NCBI RefSeq assembly: GCF_964204645.1
Contig: NC_134028.1
Coordinates: forward strand, 12,509,263 to 12,573,262
Length of the DNA stretch: 64,000 nt
From: Tubulanus polymorphus
Taxonomy: Eukaryota > Animalia > Nemertea
Reading direction: 5' to 3'
In this document: one piece after another, positions 11,720 to 23,500 of the stretch
Position numbering within the stretch: the first letter of the stretch is position 1
How the letters are laid out: each line of letters starts with the position of its first letter
Translations under genes and position numbers: made by a program
Notes under the pieces: model-generated
Databases searched by the model: none
The model's input: only the letters and a program-made list of their open reading frames with translations
What the model was told of the DNA's origin: nothing

Positions 11720-14700
11720 GCATGCATTGTCTGCTACCGGTGATCCTGTAATCCGGTACCACCTGTTCAGGGTCGGTCAAATGGCGACTTAACCGGTCCT
11801 CCCACCGACCGCAATGTAAGTGACGAGGGTGGCTAGACACCCTGAGGGAATGAAAATAATATCTTTATTAAAGGTGGATGAGCTCTCAGCGAGCCAAAGG
11901 CCATCTAGCAGCTTCTGGAGAGGAATTGGGTGCCGCATCACCCAAAGAAACCAGCATGAACATCAACTCATGCAGAATCATACCGGATCGGACAGGGCCC
12001 GGGTCAACAATGTCCGCACCTGTCATTCGCCAGGATGGAGGTGATAAGTATGCTACTGGTACTCCATATGCTACTAACAACAATCAGACTCACAAAATTG
12101 TCTTTTGGAATTGGAACATGGAATGTCCGTACCGCCACAGCAACAGGCAAGCTTGAAGAACTGGAGTATGAACTGAGATGATACAGTTGGTATGTAATTG
12201 GCTTATCGGAAGCGAGACTTGTTGGACAAGGTGAAATGTTTACAGAAGCAGGCCATAAAGTAGTTTTCAGCGGCCACGAGACAGCAATGGAGTCGCATTC
12301 ATCATCCATAAAGATACTTGCTCTGCAGTCCTGGCAAACCAGCCTATATCAAGACTGGTTTATGTCACTTCATATCAGTGCAAAGCCTTTCAATTTTACG
12401 CTGATCCAGGTCTATGCACCTACATCTGATGCTCCTGATCAACAAACAGATGAGTTCTTCATTACCTAAGAAGTATTGATGAAAAAACCCAAGGCAAGAT
12501 GTACCAGGTACTCATGATAACCGGCGACTGGAACGCAAAAATTGGTCCTGATGCCTATGACAGCTGGATTGGAGTAATTGGAAAACACGGCCTCAGCCAA
12601 ACCTGGGCTTAAGCTCTTAGAATTTGCCAGATTCCACGAGTCCGAAAGCAACATGGCACTCTCGAAATGGTAAAACTCACAATTTCATCGACTATATCCT
12701 AATATCCAAAAGATTTGAAGGCAGCGTGAACCTTGCACGTTCTAGAACGTACCCTGTTGCAGACGTAGACAGTGATCATGACCTAGTTATGACCTCTCTG
12801 AGGATACGCGTCAAAGCACTGCCGAGGATTCCTGGTGGCAGAATATAGTACCACTAAGGATGAAGGATCCTGCTATCTGTGATGCATTCCAAGTCACAAT
12901 CGGAAGCTGTTTCAATGCACTGCTTAAACGAAATCTAGACGATGAATGCCTGCAGAAACAAACAGCAGAAAACCTAAGACTGCTCAAGAATTTTTAGGAA
13001 ACCAATGGAAAGTAAGGCAGTCCTGGGTAACCGCGGAAATGCTTCTGAAATGCCACAATCACAGGCTTGAAGGCAACCCGCTTTTGTTCACAAGATGATG
13101 CTGAAACTTACCGTATGTCGAAATATGAGGTCAAAGTGGAAGTTAAACGAGCCAAACAGAAGTGGATCGAGGATAAATGTAACTCTCAGAAGACAGTATG
13201 GGCAATGACACCACCTACAACATCATTTAGGGACACCAACACAAATACACCTAAAGGCTGGCTTATGTCGACAAGCAACCCTACCAACGCAACTGGGTTT
13301 ATCGCCGATTAGCGGCAACTAGCGGCCTACGAGAGGCCGCCAGTTGCTGCTCTATCGGTTGGACATAAGCCGACTTGCAACGGCAACCCGACGCCTACCG
13401 ACTCGTCGCAAGCCGTATCCGGCTAGTTGCCCATGTTCTACTACGGCCTACGGTAGGCGGACAGTTGCTTTCGATCGCAACCGACATAAGCTCATCTACA
13501 ACGCGACGGAACTGAGCGCAGCAATTCCAGCCAATGAGAGAACGCATATACATAGTACAAATTATTACGGCTAGTTAGTGTCATTAGTATTTAGTCATTA
13601 ACTTTCAAATTCCAAGCAGTTCCATACACAAACCAAACCTTCAGCACGGCAGATGATTGGACTGAAGATGTAGAAACGAAATTGGTAGAATTATGGTGTG
13701 AGTGGCCACCTTTATATGATGTCGCTAGCACATTGTATTCAAACGAGAATCAGAAAGAATAAGATCTTAAAGAAATAGCTTATCTACTGGAATTATACTT
13801 CCCAATTATTCAAAATAATCCAAATCTATTGTCAAAATGCTTATCACGTGATCATCAGTGGTCAGCTCAGTTGCCAGTAATCGTACCGACATAAGCAGGG
13901 AAGCAACTGGGCGGATCTCGTATCTCACTAGTCGGCCTCAGTTGCTGGGAATCGGAGCGCAGTCGACATAAGCTGGGCTGCAATCGCGGTCGCCGGCAGT
14001 TGCGTCGGTAGGAGTCGGTAGGCGTCGCGTCGCTTGTCGACATAAGCCAGCCTTAAAGCCTCTTGTGTCGAAGACAAGGATGGCAGAATTCTAAACAGAC
14101 CAACAGACATTACAGGATGGTGGCATAATTACTGTCAATAGCTCTACAATTACCAGATATCAGCAGACAAGCAGATATTGGAGCACCTAAAGACAGATAC
14201 GCTAGACAGTAATGCTGATGATCCACCGATACTTGAAGACAAGGTAGAAGCAGCAATCAAGAGTCTCAAAACTGGCAAGTCTCCTGGACCTGATAACATC
14301 CCAGCCGAATCACTGCAAGCAGGAGGAAAGTCTATCATTAAGGTTTACACCCGTGTGTGCAACCATATCTTCAGGACAGGAAACTGGCCAGATGACTGGA
14401 CAACTTCGATCGTCATTCTCTTGCCCAAGAAAGGGAGCCTTAGAAAATGCCCGAACTATCACACTATCAGTCTTATTAGTCACCCTAGTAAAACTTCGCT
14501 GAATTGCTTTTGAGGCATCTTCAACCACAAGCCGAGGCACTGCTCGCAGAAGAACAAGGTCGTTTGACGACAGAGCAGATATCCAACCTGATGTATCCAA
14601 GGCTGATGTGTGAAAAATTCATCGAGCTTGGTAAACCAGTTTTTCACACTTTCGTGGACTACAAGAAATGTTTTGATCGAGTTTGGCATGAGGGTCTATG

Positions 14701-15050
14701 CGCAATGATCAGTCACGGTATAACTAATGCCATCAAGGCGCTGTTAAAGGCATCAAAAAGCATAGTTATGGTCGGAAGTGATTTCAGTGATTGTTTCCCT
14801 ACAACAGTCGGTGTATGTCAAGGATGCTTATTATCACCTACACTGTCCAACATTCCTTGAACACATCATATCTCAAGCTCTGATACAAACAGACTTGCCT
14901 GTAAAGCTAGGAGGAAGAGAAATCAGCAACCTTCGTTTTGCAGATGACATTGATCTCTCAACACATCTTTTCTTGGTCAGGCTAACCAAGCAAAGAACCT
15001 AGACCTCCTGAGCAGACGACATGGCATGGACCTGGCATTGACCGTTGAGG
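11720..15050 (+). mobile_element. RTE-clade LINE, degenerate (APE + RT), 3'-truncated
   Basis: APE: IGLSEARL, LIQVYAPTS, TWHSRNGKTHNFIDYIL, DSDHDLV. RT: KSPGPDNIPAE, WPDDW..LPKKG..NYHTISL, FVDYKKCFDRV, GVCQGCLLSP, ISNLRFADDIDL. Many frameshifts. Confidence 0.93.
13255..14053 (+). mobile_element. Non-autonomous PIF/Harbinger element with MADF/Myb-SANT remnant
   Basis: TIR aggctggcttatgtcgacaagc at both ends, TAA TSD. Internal WTEDVETKLVELWCEWPPLYDVASTLYSNENQKE*DLKEIA at 13658-13780. Confidence 0.88.
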
Positions 15051-15479
15051 GATACGTATGCATATAATACATCAACAAAATTTATCATAGTGTCTTCAAA
15101 ATCTCCATTTAAGCAGCTTCAAATTTCCCAAAATAATTAGATTCCCTCAATGGATGGACGGACAATGTGAATGCAATAGCTCACTGGGACATAAGTCTAA
15201 ATGGGCTAAAAACTGCTTGGTAGCCAAAAATCAGAATGAATCATAGGCAAGAGATTGGAAAAGACAGAAGCATGCGAGATACACTACCAGTTCACCAAAT
15301 TTTGGCTGTAATGAGTTATGGATTACTGAAATATCAATGTTAGATAAGTGTAAATTTGAATGAATTTTTACATCGTGAAGTTCATCTGATGTCCATGTAG
15401 ATGGCGCTGATGATGACAAAATAGGGGCTCCAGAGTGAATTATCGTCAGCGCGAACTCCTAAGCTAGATAGATATTTAT

Positions 15480-15857
15480 GGTACCCAGCGTTTTAGTTAT
15501 CCATGCTCCAATGGATATCCAAAAATGACCTTGAAACTCACCACAATTATACAACATGTCATGAGCTACAATTTTGCAATTTACAACAAAATATGTCCAG
15601 GTGCCAATATAATAAGGAAATACTAAGTAATTCTGCTATTCAAAGCCCCCTGGTGACCATACACAACAGCAAATAACCCTGAAACTCATTACAATTGTAG
15701 GATACATCATGAACAACAATTGCAATTGAACAAAATAAGCCTAGGTACCAACAAAGGGAAATACTGAGTAATTTTACTATTCAACGCCCCCTGGAGACCA
15801 TGTCATGAGCTACAACTTTGCAATTGATTTTGGTTACAAAATATGCATAGGTACCAA
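15480..15857 (+). repeat. About 150-bp satellite units inside a Helentron-type element
   Basis: Units gccccctggtgaccat...gaccttgaaactcaccacaat...aaaatatgc.taggtacc; also at 34760-35080, 37610-38045 and 41150-41350. Confidence 0.8.
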
Positions 15858-16623
15858 CAGAGCTGCCAACCTTGAAAAATCCTTTCATTAAAACTTTTTT
15901 TCATGGACAAGACACATTTCTCAGGGACATGGTGCCAGGGACGTATCATATATAGACTCGCACTTGGACAAAATTTTTCAGAAGAAAAAAATCAGGGACA
16001 ATTTGATGACACTCAGGAACTCAATCAACAATTGGACAAACAAATGCATTTCTGAGCTTCTGAACACAACTTTTATTGAAAATTATTACAAGAATTGGCT
16101 AAAATAGAATGTTTGTGGTTGGTTTTGAAAATCTAGGGTCAATAGGACCCCAGGGTAAGAAAAAAAATGTTTTTACCCTCGACCGGGGCCGCCTGGGCCC
16201 TCCCGGAAGGTTTATTTCCATCTATTTATCTCCATAATATCCGCTGTGTATAGTATATTACATTATATGTCCAGCACAATGAGTCGGATGCCGCTGATAA
16301 AAATTTGTTTACATTAGCTGACCCCGATTCACCGGGGTGCGCTGGGCTAAATTTAGATCGTTTTCTACACGAGCATAGCTGGTGAATCATCACGTAACAA
16401 AATGTCAAGTGTTGCCAAGGCTACCTGGCATCGAGGCGTGACCTCATTCGTTTGTAGATGGTACATTGGGACAATTATTATATCAGATTGCACACTCGAG
16501 AAATCTCCTGGATTTTTCTCGATATATTAAAAATCAGGACAATTTAGTACTGTAGTAACATTTACTTAGTGTGCCATGTCTACGGGACAAGTCCCGGCGA
16601 AAACGGGACGGTTGGCAGCTCTG
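15858..16623. mobile_element. hAT-like MITE
   Basis: TIR cagagctgccaacc / ggttggcagctctg; taccaa duplicated on both sides. Confidence 0.75.
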
Positions 16624-17660
16624 TACCAATATAAATAGACAAATTGTATATCATTCAATATTTAACTTCCCTGGTGGATAGAACAAAGAATTGGGTGATC
16701 CCAATTTCATGTCAGATGTATTTCATGACAGTGCTATGTATCAAGACTATAAGTTAGACCCTGTTGATATTTTCAGCAAAGAACTTTTCTCCGCCTACGA
16801 ATGAGTACTGATGACACCAAGATGGCCGCCAATTGCAATACGCAATAGTCCGCTGCGACTAAAGTCCGAAGTCGGCTAAAACCAATTAAACTTATACTAA
16901 TTATGTGTGTACAGTGTATGGCGCATTCCCTGCGATATCATACGAATAGATAATAGTCAATGCGTGCTTGGAAATTTGTAAACCTGTTATTTATTTTTCA
17001 AACCCATATATTTATGTATTAAAGTTCAGTGTTTAACAAAAAATAACATTTTGTACTGGTATGTGGGTTAGTTAACTATTGAATGAGATCATAATAAGTA
17101 TTTTGATAAAGGATATCCGACTTAAGCATACTCTACTGCATATATCTGGACTTCAAGACAATGACAATAATTTACACTACCCAACCCAACAATATACACT
17201 GTATACAGTTCACAGTTCGAATATCATACACTAAATAAAAATATTCAACTCCTTGTTTTTATATACATATAAATCACAATTACACCAGACCCCAGTTTTA
17301 GATCAAACAAAACCCAGAACCTTTAATCAATAAAAATTCCATACATGTATATCCTGATAAAAGTTACAACCGATTTAATTCATTATTGTTCATTAGTTTC
17401 AATATCAATTCTACATTGTGAATATACAATACCTGTATAGCAGCCATCGCTTAATGATTTCTCTATATAAAAAATTGTAAAAATACAGTTTATATACAAT
17501 TTACCATGAGGAACAAACCGGTGTCATCAAAATATTTCCTTCTTTGAATGAATTCATAAGTCCATTCTAGACTCAAATCTGAACATATTTCAAACCCGCA
17601 TCCTGTGAAACAGAGTATTTAAATCACTGCACTTTTTACCATCCTAATTCGCTTAATAGT

Positions 17661-17783
17661 TCAATATCGACCATGATTGTCTTGTTGATGCTGAGAGCGA
17701 CCATTAGCATGTTGTTGATAACTGTAAGATGATATCCGATAATTTCCGCCATTACGTGTGTAATCACGATGTGAAGACCATTG
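17661..17783 (-). CDS. USP36: USP36/42-like, last coding exon
   Basis: ttattgcag acceptor, phase 0, QWSSHRDYTRNGGNY...HGRY*. Continues NPFQ...RNK, like the USP36 tail NAFQ..RRNFWS. Confidence 0.72.
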   Translation of the reverse strand, partial: QWSSHRDYTRNGGNYRISSYSYQQHANGRSQHQQDNHGRY

Positions 17784-18617
17784 CTGCAATAAGAATTCAA
17801 ATACATATATAGGCCTTTTAATCATCAATTATCAACATTGCCATCAAAAGGATCCATAGATGTGCAATAAGAACAAGAAAAAAAATATCTGGACTCGATG
17901 TCGGTCAGTGTGAGCTTTTCATATACATGCACAGATCAATACACCACATAGCAGCGAGTATATGTGACACGCTAGTATATACGTAACAGGGCACGTGTTC
18001 TTCCGAAATGAATACCTTTTCCAATGTATGGCCACAGAAGCTAAAATACCAGGACCGTAAAAAATCGCCGTTTCGTAAGTAGATCGTTTTGAATCCTAGA
18101 TTTTACCGCTAAAATATTCAGACCTAGACCTATAGTTTGCTGTTAAGTATTTTCAGGTCACAAGAAATTACAATTAATTACAAATTCTATCAAACAGAAA
18201 ACACAGCGCTCATCTTCTGCTATAAAAGTGTAAATAATTATTCATAAAGTGTATATTATGTCAAATGTGCACGCGCCAGCAAGCAGCGTTACAGAAACAC
18301 TACATAGTTGTGTATATTGTACAAATGTGTGTGTAACGGTCTAATCATAGCACTCCGCGCGCACGTGGAGGCCTTATCTGTCAGTGAATGTTCGCTTACA
18401 CTGCAATGTCAATCAAAACAATCACCGGGTATTAAAAGGAAACAATACCTATGGCGGATATGTGAAATAGTTATTTTCACACCAGCAATGAGCATTTGGA
18501 ATTCGCACGTTTACAGCACCTAGTCCAATCAAACGTTTGCTATTTATGACTTTCCCATGAGGAGAGAATCCCACAATGATAATAAAAAGTCCGAAAATGA
18601 AACTTCGAGATAGTAGT

Positions 18618-18664
18618 TTATTTCAACGTTTCGACTATATCCTAATAGTCATCTTCAGGAATAA
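18618..18664 (-). ncRNA. Minimal type I hammerhead ribozyme (inverted pLTR copy)
   Basis: Exact reverse complement of 19546-19592. Confidence 0.75.
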
Positions 18665-18942
18665 TGAGATACTACAGAAATTATGAGATATATATACAAT
18701 CCAGAGACAAAGAGACTAATTCAAGTAATCAGAGATGATACAAACTAAAGGAAAATTAACGTAGAAACAGTTACACGCTAAAATAGATTAAAGGAAAGCA
18801 AACTAAGGGGTGATTATAAACAACAATAGTGAGTATAAATATAAATGAAACTTAAAATCAGTAGTAAAAAGAAAGACAAACTAGGGGGCACTTAAATCCG
18901 ACCTGTTTCTCCTATATATACTTTGTCGCAAACAGGAGAAAC

Positions 18943-19236
18943 ATAGGAGAAACAGGACGGAATCTTAATCAACGCATAAAAGAGCATAAATTAGATGTAA
19001 AAAACTTTAAACCTGAAAGCGGAGTTGCTAGTCATGTTTTTCAGACTTCACACAATTTTGATTTTGCTAATGCTGAATTAGTTTACCCTTGCAGCGATAA
19101 AACTAGAAGACATATTTTGGAATCTGCATTAATTATTGAAAATTCGAACAACGTTGTAAACCTTAACAATGGTTTTTCACCCCATAATAAACTTATATCA
19201 AAATTCCTCTGTAAACTGGTTAAACTCAACACTTGA
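18943..19236 (+). pseudogene. Penelope GIY-YIG endonuclease C-terminal fragment
   Basis: IGETGRNLNQRIKEHK..SGVASHV..HNFDF..RHILESALI..VNLNNG; an inverted piece at 18902-18930 encodes CDKVYIGETG. Confidence 0.9.
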
Positions 19237-19545
19237 TTTCCCCTTTGATTATTTGTTATTTGTTCTCTCATCAATTTCGTCTCTGACTTAACTTGTATTC
19301 ACCTTTGTTTTAATTTAAGTGCCCCCTAGTTTGTCTTTCTTTTTACTACTGATTTTAAGTTTCATTTATATTTATACTCACTATTGTTGTTTATAATCAC
19401 CCCTTAGTTTGCTTTCCTTTAATCTATTTTAGCGTGTAACTGTTTCTACGTTAATTTTCCTTTAGTTTGTATCATCTCTGATTACTTGAATTAGTCTCTT
19501 TGTCTCTGGATTGTATATATATCTCATAATTTCTGTAGTATCTCA

Positions 19546-19592
19546 TTATTCCTGAAGATGACTATTAGGATATAGTCGAAACGTTGAAATAA
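19546..19592 (+). ncRNA. Minimal type I hammerhead ribozyme in Penelope pLTR
   Basis: ttattc-CTGAAGA-t-gactat(taggat)atagtc-GAAAC-GTT-gaaataa: CUGANGA and GAAA cores, stem II, palindromic ACGT stem III. Confidence 0.8.
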
Positions 19593-20544
19593 ACTACTAT
19601 CTCGAAGTTTCATTTTCGGACTTTTTATTATCATTGTGGGATTCTCTCCTCATCGCGTCAACACGGATATTGTGTTCTACCTATCGTGATGATGACTTTC
19701 CCATAATCATTTTAGTAGTGCCGGAATTCGCCGTATATCCCAGAAACAGCCAATCACATTCACTTGTAGAGACGACGCCCCCAATCGAGGTCATTATATC
19801 AAGGTCATTTTATAGGCAAAAGCTAAGAATTTTCCCGCCAAAACAGTTTTTCGTAGAATTTTAACTAAGTTGGCCTTGTCATCGACGGAGGTTCGCCATG
19901 TCTTCAATGGCATCGATTATACGTCGTTTAGGCCGAGAACCAATAAAACATATGCTCACATGAAAAAATGTACAGCGATTTTACATGCATTGTCTCAATG
20001 CCAACATGACAAAGGTAAACCAAAAAGCCTAAGACGTCTCCCCTTGATTGAATCAAAAGTTTTTATGTCAATCTGTCTATTGACACGATCTCCGTAAAGC
20101 GCTATACATGTAATAACACTCGACTGCATGATGATTCATCATGAATACATGGTAATGGGTTTTCCCGACTGACTCAAATAGACACTGTCCACGTTCATGA
20201 TGTGACAATTTCATTTATTTCATACACTGTGTACGAAATTTAATGGACAATCTATTTTCCTAAATTGAACAATTCCCAAGATTGACTTCCCCCTTTCCCA
20301 ATAAAAATGCACTTCTATAAAATTCACTGCTTTTCACGGCCGCCCGGGACCAAACCTGGCAGTTGAATCATTTGCAGTTTCCAAGAAAACTTTAACTAGG
20401 CCACACGTGAAATGCGCTTTTCGTATACATGCACAGATCAATACACCACATGACAGCGAGTATTTGTTTTACATGTGTGAAGCATGAATATATTCAACAG
20501 GGTATGTGTTCTTCTGAAACCAACAATAACTAAATAACTAAATT

Positions 20545-23500
20545 AACAAGGAGCGAAATTCTTAATATGGACTTTCCTAAATTGACATGATAGTGTATGT
20601 TTAATCCAGCATCAAAATTTAACATTGGTACCCTCTGATTAAGCAGAAGAAATGAAAAGGAGTGAAAACTCTATTGGATAAATGATGGGAGAAAACTGAC
20701 TTTTTACAAATTGAAAATAAGGACGGAGGAAACACATCTTTGGTTTGAAGTTTTTGGCAGAATTTCAGAGAATCTGTGCTCATGTAATAAAATAAATTGC
20801 CCATGGGCAAAGTGTGGTTTACCTTGAAAGCTAGTGGTGGTTTGGAATAAGGGCATTGCTTGAAAAATCTTTTTAAAAGTTTCACAAGTTTAAATTGAAT
20901 TTTATCTTTCTTAAAGAATTATTTTGTAAGACCAAAGATATACATTTGTTTACGGTCCACGTCCAAAATTTTGTAGGGTACAGATAGGCGCGGCAGGGAA
21001 ACTATTTTATATTTAAAAAAAAATATGTTTCACAATATGAATAAATATTCAGATAAGGCCATCCCAAAATAATTGTCTGTTTGCTGTAACACCGACTCAA
21101 CTTTGCAGCAGTCGGTATTTAGTCGGTTTTTTTTTTGCAAAATTTTTGGGCAAAAAAAAACAAATTTTTCACCTTTGGGCTATTTTACATGGAAACAATA
21201 TCGCAAAAAAATCATCTACGTTGTGCACGGGAAATTTGTCTAATAGCGTAGATTTCAAGAATTATTCTTAAATTATAACTTCGTCCAGAGCATCATCTCT
21301 GTGTTAAAAATGAAACAGTACATTGAATATGTGCGCGCTTTTACGTTACCGGCTTTAATATAGTCACTATTAGAATGAAGAGCAGCTTATTTGAACACTG
21401 CCAGTTTCCTGGAAAACTTGAACTAGGCCACATGTCAAGGCATGTTTTCACACGATGCACACTTGAATTCAAACATACGTAGCCCATACGTCGGCAGTGG
21501 GTCAGTCGGTTGGCCGTTTTTATCAAAAACAAAATCTACTTCAATGAATCCCAGAAAAAAGTTTTCACTCGGTACCTTTGAAGTCGGGTTGGTCGGGTTA
21601 AACAGACCATTATTTTGGGATGGCCTAAAATTCATATGATGTCACGTATCAGAGGGTGGCTGAATATTGGGTCTTGACAACCTTTTCCAATGTTGGCTGC
21701 GGAAGCTAAGATAGCGGTACAAAAGAAATCGGCTATTAGATGGTTTAAAATCCTGGAATTTACCACTACAATATTCAGACCTCGACAGACCTTATAGTTT
21801 GCTGCTTAGTATTTTCAGGTCACAAGAAATTACAATTTATTACAAATTCTATCGAACAGAAAACACAGCGCTCATCTTCTGCTACGATTATTCAGCCTAT
21901 TTTCATGTCAAACGTGCATGCGTTACAGCATCACCCATAGTAGTGTACTGTACGAGCTTGTGTGAGTTGTGTGGGACTCCGCGCACACGTGGAGGCCTCG
22001 CGTAAGTGAATATTCGCTTACACCTCAATGTCAATCAAAACAATCACCGGGTATTAAAATGAAACAATACCTGTGTGAAATAATTACATCCTCACCAGCA
22101 ATGAGCATTTGAAATTCGTACGAATACGGCACCTAGTCCAATGAAACCCATCCAATCCCATAATAATCCCATATGAATCCCATAATTATTTTAGTAGCGC
22201 CGGAATTTCCCGTACATCCCAAAAACAGCCAATCCCATCCGGTCGTAGAGACGACGCCCCCCAATCGAGGTCATTGCAATTTTATACGCGAGAGCTCAGA
22301 ATTTTCCCGCCAAAAACAGTTTTTCGTAGAATTTTAATTCAGTTGACCAAGTCATCGACGGAGGTTCCCCATGTCTTCAATCGCATCGATTATATGTCCT
22401 TTAAGCCGAGAACCAATGAAACAAATGCTCACACAAAAAAACGTAACGCGATTTTGCATGAATTCGTATCACATCATATCGCTGACAAAGGTAAACAAAA
22501 AAGCCTAAGATGTCCACCATTGATTGAATCAAGAATTTTTTTGAAAATTTGTCTATTGACAAAATCTCCGTGAAGCACTTTGGCAGATTTCACAATAATG
22601 GGTACCAACGAAGTCAAAATTTTTGATGGAGGGATTCTTTTCTTCAGGGTCAGCAAATAAAAACTTGTTTCATGAATATGTGTCATAAATCTCCTCTAAT
22701 ATTTGAAACTTAACAGGTTTGTACGGATATCAATCAAACCAGGTAATATTTTATTTTGAAAAAGTTTTTGACTGCGCTGATCTACTGATCTTCGACGACC
22801 GATTAGAAATGGGGCTTTCCACAAAATAACAAATTTCCCTTCCATTCATCAAAGATACATTTCTTTTCTTAACATCCTAATCTCACAACACAATGCATTA
22901 AATTGAGTATAGAATCACTTTAATCTGAAATAAACGAAAGTTAACAAGCAATATTTGAACGTAACGCACCGCCGTCAAATATCTGTATGTTGAATGATTG
23001 GGTACTACAGCGCGCGTGTATCAGCCAGCTATAATGCTGGTACACTAGATCGATAAACAGTTCACATGCTTGCTTTTAGTGGTGAACTGTGAGGCTCCCT
23101 AGGAGAACACTGTCAAGCAAAAGCACGCGTAAACTTTTCCGAGCGTAACGAATTTTTTGTGAAGTCAAACACTATTACCTTCAACTACATCGATTTACTG
23201 ATAAGTCATATATTGTTGTGCCATATATTGTTGCGCAACGTCATTTGCCCTTTTGATTGACCCTCCAGGAATATGACAGCACGAGCAACATTTAAAGGCC
23301 GAGGAGCAGTATAAAAGCCCAATCAATGTCAAAGATGGCAGTACCCATGAAGCCATAGTGCAGTGGAGAGCACCAACGGTTGAAACTGGAATTCTCCTAT
23401 TTTCTCTGTCAGTTATCCGATTTGGATCCTCCTTTTTGTCAGACATATGTATTAATGTGTAATATATTCATTTCTGCAGTCAAAAATGTGTTTTAGGCCC

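Larger units (their letters stand above)
10990..15212 (-). mobile_element. Helentron-type non-autonomous element, family B (hosts the RTE LINE)
   Basis: acaagaggtccagggacaccatg at the left, gcaatagctcactgggacataagtctaaatgggctaaaa hairpin at the right, satellite units at 11490-11710. Confidence 0.55.
18559..19691 (+). mobile_element. Penelope-like element, 5'-truncated, with inverted pseudo-LTR
   Basis: 341-bp inverted repeat (18557-18897 / 19313-19653), GIY-YIG C-terminus, 3' tail of about 38 nt, 13-bp TSD atgactttcccat (18546-58 / 19692-704). Empty site in paralogs near 34670 and 53760. Confidence 0.93.

Noticed and set aside
17507-17604. Extra coding exon (CGFEICSDLSLEW...)
   Set aside because: Downstream of the stop codon and would need an intron of about 35 nt; more likely 3'UTR.
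19634-22686. Recurrent short ORFs with apparent paralogs (e.g. MQFYTRELRIFPPK at 22274 and 53862)
   Set aside because: Similarity comes from copies of a non-coding repeat; frames and stops are not conserved.
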